A DNA stretch of 64,000 bases from positions 43,840 through 107,839 of the forward strand of contig CALFZH010000042.1 of NCBI GenBank assembly GCA_937952215.1. Direction: 5' to 3'. This DNA is from an uncultured bacterium (lineage in GTDB: Bacteria > Planctomycetota > UBA1135 > UBA2386). Shown here in pieces: positions 26,150 through 35,535 of this stretch. A model generated the notes under the pieces. The model saw nothing but the letters and a program-made list of their open reading frames with translations, was not told the origin of the DNA and ran no database searches. Each line of letters starts with the position of its first letter. Position 1 is the stretch's first letter. The position numbers and the translations under genes were made by a program.

Positions 26150-28825
26150 ATGTCCACGCGCCCTCTAGTGACCCTCACGTTGGCTCTCGCGCCGCTTGCG
26201 GCGCAGGGCATTCAGGTCGAGCCGGCCCAACTGCTGCCCGGCGACCAGACCGTCGGTCCGGCCACCGCCGACCAACGCGCGCCGGTGATGGCGACCGGCG
26301 GTGGCACCACGCTGGTCGTCTGGGACGATCTGCGCGGCGGGGACCGCGACGTGTTCGCAACGCGCCTCGACCCGAACGGCGCGCCGCTCGACCCGGTGCC
26401 GATCGCGATCGCGCATGGCAGCGCCGACCAGACCGCGCCGCAGGTGGCCTGGAACGGCACGCACTTCCTCGTCGCCTGGCTGAGCCAGGAGTCCTCGGCC
26501 GGTTGGTATCGCAACGAGCCGCGTGCGGTGCGAATCACCCCGCAGGGCAGCATCGTCGACACCACCCCGATCGCGCTACCGGTCGAAGCCGACACGCTCG
26601 TGTTGGCCAGCGATGGCGCCGAATGGCTGCTCGCCAGCACCGGCACCGCCGCCGGCAACTCCGGCATCCGCGGCTGGCGCATCGCGGGCAGCGGCGCGCT
26701 GCTGACGCCGGCCGGGCCGACGCTGATCCCGGCCACCTACTTCCTCTACTTCAACGTGGGCCTCGCGTGGGCCAACAGCACGTGGCTCGTGATCTGGTCG
26801 CAGAACGACGACGTCGTCGGCCGACGCTTCGACGCCAACCTGCAGCCGCTCGACGCGGCACCGGTGGCGTTGCGCGCGACGCCGCGCATCGAGGCGCAAC
26901 CTCACCTCGCCAGCAACGGCACGCAGTTCTTGATCACGACGTGGGACCAGGACACCTACTGGAGCCAGGGTGTGAGCTGCGTGCGGTTCACGTCGGCGCT
27001 GACGCCGCTCGACACGACTCCGATCGCGGTCGGCGCGCAGGCCGCCTACCTGCCCGGCGCGCGCGCCGCGTGGGACGGCAGCCAGTGGGTCGTCGGCTGG
27101 CTGGCCTTTCCGTCGATGCGCGTCGCGAGCGTCGCGAGCAATGGCGCGGTGCTCGACCCGGGCGGCCAGCTCGTCGAACCGAACGCAACCGCGTCGATCT
27201 ACACGCCGGCCATCGCCGGCCGGAATGGCGGCGGCGCGCAGGTCGTGTGGCAGGATCTGCGCAACAACACCACCGCCGACCTCTACGGCGCGACGTTGAC
27301 CGGGGCGGGCGGTCTCGGGCCCGTGCAACCAGTTGCACTCGGCACGCCCGACCAGCAGACGCCGTCGATCGCCGGCGGCGATCGCGGCCATGTCGTCGTG
27401 TTCCGAACCGGCAACTCGGCGAACAGCGTGATCGGAGCGCAGCGCTACGATGCATTTGGCGCGCCGATCGACCCGCAGCCGATCGTGGTCGGTACGGCGA
27501 CGGCAACCAGCCGCCCCGCTGTGGCCTTCGATGGCACTCGCTGGCTGATCTGCTGGAACCAGGCCAACACGGTGGTCGGTTGTCGCATGGCCACCGATGG
27601 CACGTTGCTCGACGCGGCGCCGTTCGTGGTGCTGCCGGGCGTGAGCACGGCGTTCGGCGCACCCGATGTCGCCGCCAACAACGGAGTGTTCCTGGTCACC
27701 GCGGTGCGGCCGTCGACCTACCCGCAGTTCCAGTACCCGTGGGGCCGTCGGGTGCGCGGCAGCGACGGCCTGATGCTCGATGCGGGTCCCCTGCTGCTCG
27801 GCAGTTCGTTCGCGGTGAGGCCGCGGGTCAGCGCGCTCGGCGCTGGCTTCGTCGTCGTCTACGAGCAGCACTGGTCGCACAACCAGACCAGCAGCACGAT
27901 CGCGCGCACGCTGGTCGACCCGAACGGTGGCGTCGGCGCAACCGGCGGCGTTGCAATCGCGACCTCGTCGGCGTGGGGTGCGGTCGATGTCGCCAGCGAC
28001 GGCACCACCGCGCTGATTGTGTGGGCCAGCGGCTCGAACCACGTCAACGAAGACGTCTTCGCCCAGCGCATGGACCAGAACGGCAACATGCTGGGAGCGC
28101 CGGTGAACCTCACCGCGGCGGCCGCCAGTGGGCAGTCGTATCCGGCGGTGAGCCACGACGGCGAGCACTTCCTGGTCGCCTTCGAGACGCTGCAGAACAA
28201 CGTGTTCTTCGACCGCGCGCCCGACGTCGCCGCGGTGCGAGTGCGCACCGACGGCACCGTCGTCGACGCGCAGCCGCAGCTGCTGTTCACGGGCCTCGGC
28301 CAGGATCGCGCTCCGGCACTCGGCGAACCCGTCGAGGGCCACCTGCTGGTCGCGGTGCATCGGTTCGTCGCCGACGGCGTCTACGCGAGCAATCGAGTGT
28401 CGCTGCGCGTGTGGGGACCGTCGGGCCTCTTGCGCTTCGGCACCGGCACCCCGGGCTGTGACGGCGCGGTGCGCTGCCACGGCAACTCGGCGCCGCGCGT
28501 CGGCAACATCGGGTTCGCGCTGATCGGTGACCGCCTTGCCGCGCTGGAGCCGACGATCGTGCTGTTCGCCCCCGGCGCCGATGTGGCCGGCAGCGACCCG
28601 TTCGGCATCGGCGTCCTGCTGCACGTGAACCCGGCCGGATTGATGATCCTGTCGACGACCGCCGACGTCCGTGGTGTCGCGATCCAGCCGCTGGTGATTC
28701 CGCCGGTGCCGACCTTGGCTGGCATCGTCCTCCACTCGCAGATGGCGGCCATCTACACCGCCTGCCTGCCGAGCCCGCTCGGGCTCGGCACGTCCAACGG
28801 CGTCACGTTGACGGTCCGACCGTGA
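26150..28825 (+). CDS. Large secreted repeat protein (~10-11 units of ~65-70 aa) with shared C-terminal module
   Basis: Track ORF of 891 aa. Signal MSTRPLVTLTLALAPLAAQG. Recurring unit ending in motifs such as QTAPQVAWNGTHFLVAWL, SRPAVAFDGTRWLICWNQ, QSYPAVSHDGEHFLVAFE, preceded by R-x-D-x-x-G-x-x-LD. C-terminal module starts FGTGTPGCDG... and ends ...TSNGVTLTVRP. Confidence 0.85.
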   Translation: MSTRPLVTLTLALAPLAAQGIQVEPAQLLPGDQTVGPATADQRAPVMATGGGTTLVVWDDLRGGDRDVFATRLDPNGAPLDPVPIAIAHGSADQTAPQVAWNGTHFLVAWLSQESSAGWYRNEPRAVRITPQGSIVDTTPIALPVEADTLVLASDGAEWLLASTGTAAGNSGIRGWRIAGSGALLTPAGPTLIPATYFLYFNVGLAWANSTWLVIWSQNDDVVGRRFDANLQPLDAAPVALRATPRIEAQPHLASNGTQFLITTWDQDTYWSQGVSCVRFTSALTPLDTTPIAVGAQAAYLPGARAAWDGSQWVVGWLAFPSMRVASVASNGAVLDPGGQLVEPNATASIYTPAIAGRNGGGAQVVWQDLRNNTTADLYGATLTGAGGLGPVQPVALGTPDQQTPSIAGGDRGHVVVFRTGNSANSVIGAQRYDAFGAPIDPQPIVVGTATATSRPAVAFDGTRWLICWNQANTVVGCRMATDGTLLDAAPFVVLPGVSTAFGAPDVAANNGVFLVTAVRPSTYPQFQYPWGRRVRGSDGLMLDAGPLLLGSSFAVRPRVSALGAGFVVVYEQHWSHNQTSSTIARTLVDPNGGVGATGGVAIATSSAWGAVDVASDGTTALIVWASGSNHVNEDVFAQRMDQNGNMLGAPVNLTAAAASGQSYPAVSHDGEHFLVAFETLQNNVFFDRAPDVAAVRVRTDGTVVDAQPQLLFTGLGQDRAPALGEPVEGHLLVAVHRFVADGVYASNRVSLRVWGPSGLLRFGTGTPGCDGAVRCHGNSAPRVGNIGFALIGDRLAALEPTIVLFAPGADVAGSDPFGIGVLLHVNPAGLMILSTTADVRGVAIQPLVIPPVPTLAGIVLHSQMAAIYTACLPSPLGLGTSNGVTLTVRP

Positions 28826-29054
28826 TTCCAGGAGTCGCGGCTCGGCATCAGGTCGCGGCCACGCCCGGCCACAGCTCCATCGTGAACACCCGATCCGGAG
28901 TATCGTGGGTGGGTTACGCGGGGCCCGTGACCGCAGCTTCTTCTTCCCGCTCCCGCGCGGCCGATCGCTCGGACGGCCAGTCGCGCGCGTGGGCTGTTGC
29001 CGACCTCGCTGGCCAGCTCGTGCGCATGGGCTGACCTTCGCGCGCAGAGCGTGG

Positions 29055-30635
29055 TCAGTCCCCAAGCCGACGCGCCGAGGCGAAGGGGCCGGGCGCATCC
29101 CAGAAGGAGCCTTGCTCGTACATGTAGCGCAGCTGTTGGTAGCGCGCGAAGGCCTCCATGATCGGCAGCGTCGCCTGCGGGTTCTTCGGCAGCACCTTCA
29201 TGACGCGTGACCACATGTCGCGCGAGGGTTCGTCGAGCTTGGGGATGTCGGCGATCAGGGCCAACGTGTCGCGGTCGACCGAACGCAGTGCCGAATTCCG
29301 TTGCGTCGTGCGCGGCGGTGCGTGCGGGTACTCGAGGGCAGCGACGTAGTCCACGATGCGCTGGCCGAAGTTCGCCGGGTGGTAGAGGCTGTTGGCGAGC
29401 CCGCGAATGCCCTGCGTGAGTTCCTCGCGCGTCATGCGCTGCGGCACGACGTTCGAGTTCCACGGGTGACCGGGCACTTCGTAGGCGTCGACGAGGCGGC
29501 CGGTGCGCTCGAGCCGCGCGTGCAGCGGCGTGGCGTGTGGGGCCGCCAACGCCGAGAGCGTCAGGATCGGCACGGCCGACGCCATGGCGAACTCGAACTG
29601 CTGCGCGAAGATGCTGGTCTCGTCTTCGTCGAAGCCGCAGATCATCCCGGCCGTCACGCCGATGCCGTTCGCCAGGAAGCGCCGAACCTGGTCGACGATG
29701 GTGGGGTTCTCTTGGTGCGGATTGCGCAGCTTGAGGTTCTGCACCTTGCGCGCGCCGACCAGGCTCGCTGCGTTCGTCGTTTCGATCCCGATGAAGCAGT
29801 GTGTCAGCCCGGCCAACGCGGCGAGGCGCAGCACTTCGTCGTCGCGCGCGGCGTCGATCGACAGTTGCGTCGAGAGCGACATGCGACCGTCGGTCCGGCG
29901 GTCGTTCCAGTCGGCAACCGCTGCGAACATCTCCTTGACCCACCTGCGGTTGGCAGTCGTGTTGTCGTCGGCGAGCAGCACGCTGCGATAGCCGTGCGCG
30001 TAGACGACATCCAACTCGGCGACGATGCGTTCGATCGGCTTGTGCCGCTGCGTGCGGCCGACGTACTGGATCACGTCGCAGAACTCACACAGGAACGGAC
30101 AGCCGCGCGAGGTCTGGACGGTGGCCGTCAGGACCCGCGGGTTGTACTTGGCGTACAGGTCCCACCGCGGAATGGGGGAAAGCGCGAGGTCCGGCTTGCC
30201 GCCGACGTATTCCGGCTTCGGCGCGCCCCGGCGCAAGTCGTCGAAGAGCTCGGGCGCGATCTCCTCGATCTCGTTCCGCACGAGCACGTCGCAGTGCGGT
30301 CGCACGACTTCGGGGCAGAGCGACGCGTGTGGGCCGCCGATCAGGACCGTCTTGCCGCGTCGACGAAACTCGGCCGCGATGGCCTTCGTGCGGCCCCATT
30401 GACTGATCTTGCCCGTGATGCCGACGAAGTCGACGTCGAGGTCGAAGTCGACCGGCTCGAGGTGCTCGTCACAGATCTCGACGTGCATGTCGCGCGGCAC
30501 CATCGCCGCGAGCGTGGGCACCACGAGGTCGGCCAGGAACACGGCCGGCTCGTAACCACGGCCGGCGTAGACCTCGGCGCCGTAGTAGGTCGGGAAGTCC
30601 GCGGCCGGATTGACGAGGTAGATCGAACGTGTCAC
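29055..30635 (-). CDS. B12-binding-domain radical SAM protein
   Basis: Track ORF of 526 aa. The N-terminal ~140 aa are Rossmann-like and resemble a B12-binding domain (VGITGKISQWGRTKAIAAEFRRRGKTVLIGGPHAS). Radical SAM cluster motif SRGCPFLCEFCDV (CxxxCxxC). Long helical C-terminal extension. Confidence 0.85.
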   Translation of the reverse strand: MTRSIYLVNPAADFPTYYGAEVYAGRGYEPAVFLADLVVPTLAAMVPRDMHVEICDEHLEPVDFDLDVDFVGITGKISQWGRTKAIAAEFRRRGKTVLIGGPHASLCPEVVRPHCDVLVRNEIEEIAPELFDDLRRGAPKPEYVGGKPDLALSPIPRWDLYAKYNPRVLTATVQTSRGCPFLCEFCDVIQYVGRTQRHKPIERIVAELDVVYAHGYRSVLLADDNTTANRRWVKEMFAAVADWNDRRTDGRMSLSTQLSIDAARDDEVLRLAALAGLTHCFIGIETTNAASLVGARKVQNLKLRNPHQENPTIVDQVRRFLANGIGVTAGMICGFDEDETSIFAQQFEFAMASAVPILTLSALAAPHATPLHARLERTGRLVDAYEVPGHPWNSNVVPQRMTREELTQGIRGLANSLYHPANFGQRIVDYVAALEYPHAPPRTTQRNSALRSVDRDTLALIADIPKLDEPSRDMWSRVMKVLPKNPQATLPIMEAFARYQQLRYMYEQGSFWDAPGPFASARRLGD

Positions 30636-31325
30636 GACGCGGTCTTCGGGTTGGATGCTCGACGTCGGAGTGCACTCATGGCGCGCGCCCGGCGGTCTGG
30701 AAACCGCAGTCAGCGGGTCTGGGCGGTGAATGTCGGGATCGCGCTTGCCGAGGCGGCGAGTGCGTGCCGTCGATCAGCCTGGTTCGTTCGTGGGTGTTGC
30801 CGTCCTTGCCGCCGCTTGCCGAGTGATCGTAGCAGTGGTTCCGTGACCGCGGGGAGGTCGTGGCGGGGAGCGTTGTGTCCCTAGGGAGGAGAAACGGTGG
30901 GGACGGGCGCGAAACAGGCTCTTCCAACCGGGATGGACGGGGGGCTGGTGGCGGGGGCAGGATGGCGCTGGCGGGTTCCGGGTGGGCCGGGACCGCATCT
31001 TCTTCCTGCGTCCCATCGCCGTGTCCGGATCGCTGCGACGGCGCGGCAGGTCGCCCGACCGACTGGCGAATCGTGCGACTCCTGCCAGTCCGCGGGACCA
31101 AGTGATGACCGCGGACCGATCGGCCCGGCAGCGGCGTCGCCTGCGGCATCCACTGGGCGTGTCGGGCCTCGTCGAGCGCATCGCCCTCGTGGAAGTCGAG
31201 CCAGCTCGTGCCCGTTCTCTTCGGCGTGCCGCCGGGCCGGAACTCGCCACGTCGAACGGCGTCGGCTCGCCCCCTTGCACCCTTGCCCGTTCGCGCGGGC
31301 ATCGCCCCAATCGTCCGGAGAACCC

Positions 31326-31790
31326 ATGAAGCCGCCTGTCTTGTCCGTCGCCTTGCTGTCGCTGCTGTGCTGCTGCCAACATGTGCCGCCCGCGCCGGCA
31401 GAGGCCCCTGCCGCGCCCGGCGACGCCGCCGTGTTGCCGGCGGATTCGACCCGCATCTCGTTCCCTGGCGCAGATCGCATCGAGGTGACGTTTGCGCCGC
31501 ACGCCGACTTCGAGGCCGCGAACGTGCGGCGTACCGCCGTCACCGATCCCGCCGCGATCGCTGCGTGGCTGCAGGAGCTGGCCGAATTGCCGCGCAAGGG
31601 CGTCCTGTTCATCACCTTCGCCGACGGCACGCGCGAGTATCGCGTGGAGTTCTGGGCCAAGGGCGAGCGCCTGGGCTCACTGCGCATCAAAGGCGAGTTC
31701 CTGGATGCGCCGGCGAGCGAGGGCTGGGACTTCTACGCGGGCCAGGATCGCGCCTTCGTCAAGCTGGTGGAGCGTCTATTCGCAGGGTGA
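31326..31790 (+). CDS. Lipoprotein, function unknown
   Basis: Tail of track ORF 30897..31790 from the ATG at 31326: MKPPVLSVALLSLLCCCQHVPP (signal plus lipobox-like Cys), followed by a small globular domain. Confidence 0.65.
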   Translation: MKPPVLSVALLSLLCCCQHVPPAPAEAPAAPGDAAVLPADSTRISFPGADRIEVTFAPHADFEAANVRRTAVTDPAAIAAWLQELAELPRKGVLFITFADGTREYRVEFWAKGERLGSLRIKGEFLDAPASEGWDFYAGQDRAFVKLVERLFAG

Positions 31791-32004
31791 GTCGCAAACT
31801 GCTCCGCATCGGGGGTGATCTCGTACGGGACATTGCCTGCTCGAGCTGACCGGCGCCTGCGCGCTTGCTCGGCACGCCATGGGATGCGCGTCAGTGACGA
31901 CCAGTAGCACGGTCCGCAACGACGCGGCCAGGCCCGCTCCCGAGACCGAACGGCAGCCGGTGGACGGGCTCGCGCGTCGCTCCACGCTGTTCTACGTTCG
32001 GTGC

Positions 32005-33498
32005 ATGAAGCACTGCCTCGCCACCGCCGTGGTCACCGTCTGCGTCGGGTCGGCCTTCGCCAACGCGCAGGAACCGGAGTTCGAAGCGGGATCTACGGTT
32101 GCCGAGCGCGTCCGCAGCGGCGGTTGGTTCGAGATGTCGAAGTGGCGGCGCGGCGCCGACGGGGCGCTCGAGATGCACTACTTCGCCGACATCGGCGGCA
32201 TCATCCCCGGCCAGGAGCTCCGATTCGCGCCGCTGCTCGGTGAAGACCTCGAGCGCGGGCTCGACAACGGCGGCGCGATCGGCTTCCTGTCGATGTTCTG
32301 CCACGGCCCGGGCGATCTGCTCGGCATGACCGACGCGGAGTTCCACTTCGGTGCGCTCGGCATCGAGGCAACCGACATCGGTCTGCGGCAGTTCCTCGCC
32401 ACGCCCAAGCCTCCGTTCGATGGCGCGCGCGGGCGAGCCGAACTGCTCGACCGCCTGCTCGCGATCGACGTGCTGGTGCGCCGCGGCGTCAAGGGCGCGA
32501 TCGCCGAGCTGACCTCATTGGCCGTTGAGCCGACCCTGCCTGCGGTGCTGCGCGAGCGCGCCGCGCGCGGCCTCGCAGTCCTGCGCAGCAATGCGGATCC
32601 ACTGACGCGCATCCGCCTGTCCGCCGAGACGCTGCAGCTGCCTGCGGCGTTCGATGGTTGTGTGATGATCGACCATGCGCGCCTGCCGGACCTGAGTTGG
32701 CTCACGCCACTCGGTCGGCGTCTTGGCGCGCTGGTGACCGCGAACGCCATCGCCATGGCCGGCGGCTTGATCTCCCCTGCCACGAACAACGGCGCCCAGA
32801 GCATGTGCGACATCGTCAGCGAACTGCCGTTCGGCCTCGTGCATCGCTACGGCAACGCGCGCCTCGACCACTCGTGTGTCGTCGTCTCGGCGAAGGCCGA
32901 TCAGGAGATGCCGGTGGCGCTCACCTGGCAGGCGGCGGGTGCGTTCGAGGCCGAAGGCTGGCAGGACGTGAAGGCCCCGGCAGGCGCGCGCGACAACAAC
33001 CCGCTGTTCGCCGGCACGCTGCAGGTCGCGGCGGATCGGGTGTTCGCGAGCACCGACGGCAGTGCCGGCAAGCCGCGCCCGTCGCTCGTCGAGAAGTACC
33101 AGTTGCTGCGCGACGATGGCCTGGCGGTGCGCGCCGTGGTGCCGGGCAACAGCAAGCTGTGGCCGGCACTCGCGTTCCTGGCGATGCCGCCGGCCGAAGG
33201 CGGGGAGCTGCGCATCGCGTTCGGTGACCCGGCGGTGATCACCGTGCTGATCGAGGCGCGCGACGAGGATGCCGCGGACGCCTGGGTCAAGAAGGGCAAG
33301 GAACTGCTGGCTCAGGCCAAGACGATGCTCGAGCAGGAACCCGGGCCGCTCGAGGCGAGCCCCGAATTGAAGGCGCTGGCCGACGCGGTGTTGGCGGCGA
33401 GCTTCAGCACCAGGGAAGCCACGGCCTTCGCGACGATCGAAGTGAAGGGCATGACGCCGGCCAAGGTGAAGGCGATCGCCGAAGCGCTTGCTCCGTAG
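32005..33498 (+). CDS. Hypothetical secreted protein
   Basis: Track ORF 31879..33498. The in-frame ATG at 32005 gives MKHCLATAVVTVCVGSAFANAQEP (signal peptide). The rest is non-repetitive and plausibly globular, with no motif I recognise. Confidence 0.7.
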   Translation: MKHCLATAVVTVCVGSAFANAQEPEFEAGSTVAERVRSGGWFEMSKWRRGADGALEMHYFADIGGIIPGQELRFAPLLGEDLERGLDNGGAIGFLSMFCHGPGDLLGMTDAEFHFGALGIEATDIGLRQFLATPKPPFDGARGRAELLDRLLAIDVLVRRGVKGAIAELTSLAVEPTLPAVLRERAARGLAVLRSNADPLTRIRLSAETLQLPAAFDGCVMIDHARLPDLSWLTPLGRRLGALVTANAIAMAGGLISPATNNGAQSMCDIVSELPFGLVHRYGNARLDHSCVVVSAKADQEMPVALTWQAAGAFEAEGWQDVKAPAGARDNNPLFAGTLQVAADRVFASTDGSAGKPRPSLVEKYQLLRDDGLAVRAVVPGNSKLWPALAFLAMPPAEGGELRIAFGDPAVITVLIEARDEDAADAWVKKGKELLAQAKTMLEQEPGPLEASPELKALADAVLAASFSTREATAFATIEVKGMTPAKVKAIAEALAP

Positions 33499-33546
33499 CG
33501 ATCACCAGAAGTCCAGCAGCTCCTGCGGCAGCCGGTAGCGCGACCT

Positions 33547-34575
33547 TCACACGAGGTCGCAGTCCCCGAGCGTGAAGAACCAGCGGTCGCGGAAGTAGAT
33601 GGTGTCGTAGACCGCCGACAGGATCGCCACGAACCACGGGGTGCCGCGTACGCGATACCCGTGTTCCTGCATCCGCAGGAACCGCGGGTCCATGTGGTTC
33701 CAGACGCTGCACACCATTCCCGTGCCGTCTTCCATGGCCCGCGACTCCGCTGCCGCCAGCAAACACGTCATGGCTTCGTGGTCGTCCGGCCCGACGAGCC
33801 AGTCGACCACGTAGCTCGTGTGCGGCCGCAGCAGGTCGCCGACGCCGTACACCGCGATTGCACGTAGCGCGCCGCTGTGGCGCTCGCGGCACTCGTACAG
33901 CACATAGCGGCGCTCCCAGTGGTCGGCATAACGCCAGTTGAGGTAGCGATGGTCGCGAACGGTGGTCACGCCGAGTTCCGGCTCGAGCTGCGCGAAGAGC
34001 TGATCGACGTCGGCGCCGAAGCGCCCGACCGTCGTCACGCACAACGAGGCCGGACAGGGCCGCACTGCCGCGCCCGGGGCAAGTTCGCGAAACGTCACGT
34101 CCCAGTCGCGCGCGATCTGCCAGCCGAGGTGGCGAGAGCCGCTGCGCCAGCCAACACCCGGCAGCCCGTAGATCAGCGGGGCCTGGTCGTCGTTCGTGCC
34201 GAGCCAGCGTTCGAGGAAGGCCTGGCCCAGGCGCGCGAAGAGGCCGGGCTCGCCGCCGTGGCGCAGCCACTCGGGCCGCACGCAGTGGTCCACCGCCTGC
34301 GTCGCGAACGTTCGCCGACCGCCCAGCGTGATCGCGACCGGCAGCGAGGCGTAGACGCCGACCACGCCTTGGTCGCGATGCACGGCCAGCATCTGCTGCA
34401 CGCGCTGCGCCGGGTTCTCGAGAAACTTCCAGCGCCAGAGCTGCGGCGTGCGCGGTGCCGTCGCGTGCGCGCCCGACGCGAACACGCGGTTGTGGCAGGC
34501 CAGCACCCCGGCTTCGTCGCCGGGCTCGAAGGCCCGGATCGCGATCTCGCCCTGGCAGTCGATCGGAGTCGTCAT
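33547..34575 (-). CDS. GNAT-family N-acetyltransferase (two-domain, ~342 aa)
   Basis: 3' part of track ORF 33547..34905 from the ATG at 34575: MTTPIDCQGEIAIRAFEPGDEAGVLACHNRVF...QAVDHCVRPEWLRHGGEPGLFARLGQAFLE. This resembles the acetyl-CoA-binding core of GNATs. Confidence 0.65.
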   Translation of the reverse strand: MTTPIDCQGEIAIRAFEPGDEAGVLACHNRVFASGAHATAPRTPQLWRWKFLENPAQRVQQMLAVHRDQGVVGVYASLPVAITLGGRRTFATQAVDHCVRPEWLRHGGEPGLFARLGQAFLERWLGTNDDQAPLIYGLPGVGWRSGSRHLGWQIARDWDVTFRELAPGAAVRPCPASLCVTTVGRFGADVDQLFAQLEPELGVTTVRDHRYLNWRYADHWERRYVLYECRERHSGALRAIAVYGVGDLLRPHTSYVVDWLVGPDDHEAMTCLLAAAESRAMEDGTGMVCSVWNHMDPRFLRMQEHGYRVRGTPWFVAILSAVYDTIYFRDRWFFTLGDCDLV

Positions 34576-34793
34576 GCGTTCGACGAAAGGTGTGCCGCCA
34601 GCGTGTCGAGGTCCGGAATGTTGGCGTGGCGGCGGTTCGTCGGCCGTGGCGTCAGCGGCTCGACACCGCCAAGTGCGGAGAGGGGGAGCGAGGCATGAGA
34701 CGTAGCTGCCACCGGAGAGAATGGCAATGCACGTGCCGCGAGTTACCCGACCCGGGTTGCGGCGAGCGGAGGTTGCTGGGTCACCCTGCTCGC

Positions 34794-35132
34794 ATGCGTT
34801 GGCCCGAGGCGATGTTCGAGTTCGTCGTTCTCGACGCTCGCGCCAACGTGCCCGCACGCGTGATCGCCGACGGCTTGGGCCCGGTGCTGGGCGTCGCCGA
34901 TCCATCCTTCTCGTTCCTGCCCGCGTGCAGTTGCGTGCAGCACGCTTCGCTCGAAGTGGTCCACGTCGGCAGCGCCTACACCTGGCAGGTGCCGATGGTG
35001 CCGTCGGCCGTCGGCTTCGAGTGCTACACCCAGGGTGTGCAGGTCGAGGTCCCCGGGTCGACCCTGCCGTGCGACGTCGGCGCCGGCTTCCGCTTCGGCC
35101 TGACCGACGGCTACAAGATCCGCTTCTGGTAG
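34794..35132 (+). CDS. Orphan copy of the shared C-terminal module (112 aa, no signal peptide)
   Basis: Tail of track ORF 34455..35132 from the ATG at 34794: MRWPEAMFEFVVLDARANVP...LPACSCVQHA...QVPMVPSAVGFECYTQGVQ...GYKIRFW. It aligns by eye to the C-terminal modules of the giant secreted proteins. It may be a fragment. Confidence 0.5.
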   Translation: MRWPEAMFEFVVLDARANVPARVIADGLGPVLGVADPSFSFLPACSCVQHASLEVVHVGSAYTWQVPMVPSAVGFECYTQGVQVEVPGSTLPCDVGAGFRFGLTDGYKIRFW

Positions 35133-35241
35133 CGAACGGAGCGCGCCGCCAGTGAGCCGCCGCCCTTGGCGCGGCGGCTCGCTGAGACGGCGCACACCTC
35201 AGGCATCGACGAACCCACTCTCGCCGTTCGCTGGGCTACTC

Positions 35242-35502
35242 CTAGCCGCCCGTCGTGCCCTTGGAAGCCGGCGCCTGTTCCTTCGATGCGGGCGGGGTCG
35301 CCTTCGGCTCGGGTAGCGTGCACTCGAGCCGCGTCTTGGCGTAGGCGACGACGAGACGCAGTTCGCCGTTCGCCAAGGTCGCTTCCCGCAGCTCGAGCGC
35401 TTCGAGGGGCTCGCGGCCGGGAGGAGGGCCGATGTGGTCCCAGATGGTCCGGGACCGCGGCTCGAGCCATCTACACCCGGCGCGGCGTTCAAGCGAGGCC
35501 AC
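35242..35502 (-). CDS. Small hypothetical protein (start uncertain)
   Basis: Track ORF of 86 aa. From IWDHIGPPPGREPLEALELREATLANGELRLVVAYAKTRLECTLPEPK... nearly all third codon positions are G/C, which is a strong coding signal for this genome. No recognisable motif. Confidence 0.4.
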   Translation of the reverse strand: MASLERRAGCRWLEPRSRTIWDHIGPPPGREPLEALELREATLANGELRLVVAYAKTRLECTLPEPKATPPASKEQAPASKGTTGG

Positions 35503-35535
35503 CGCGGGTCGATTCCCGCGGTGGCCGCGAACGCA

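Noticed and set aside
30636-30900. Possible cobalamin riboswitch in the leader of the B12-binding radical SAM gene
   Set aside because: I found only a partial resemblance (AGACCGCC) to the B12 box, without the surrounding conserved core. A covariance-model scan would be needed. I am not reporting it as a feature.
30982-31329. 115-aa plus-strand ORF ending in an ATGA overlap with the lipoprotein start
   Set aside because: The overlap is suggestive of coupling. However, the protein is Arg-rich and low-complexity, and it is codon-aligned antisense to another equally ambiguous ORF. The evidence is insufficient to call a CDS.
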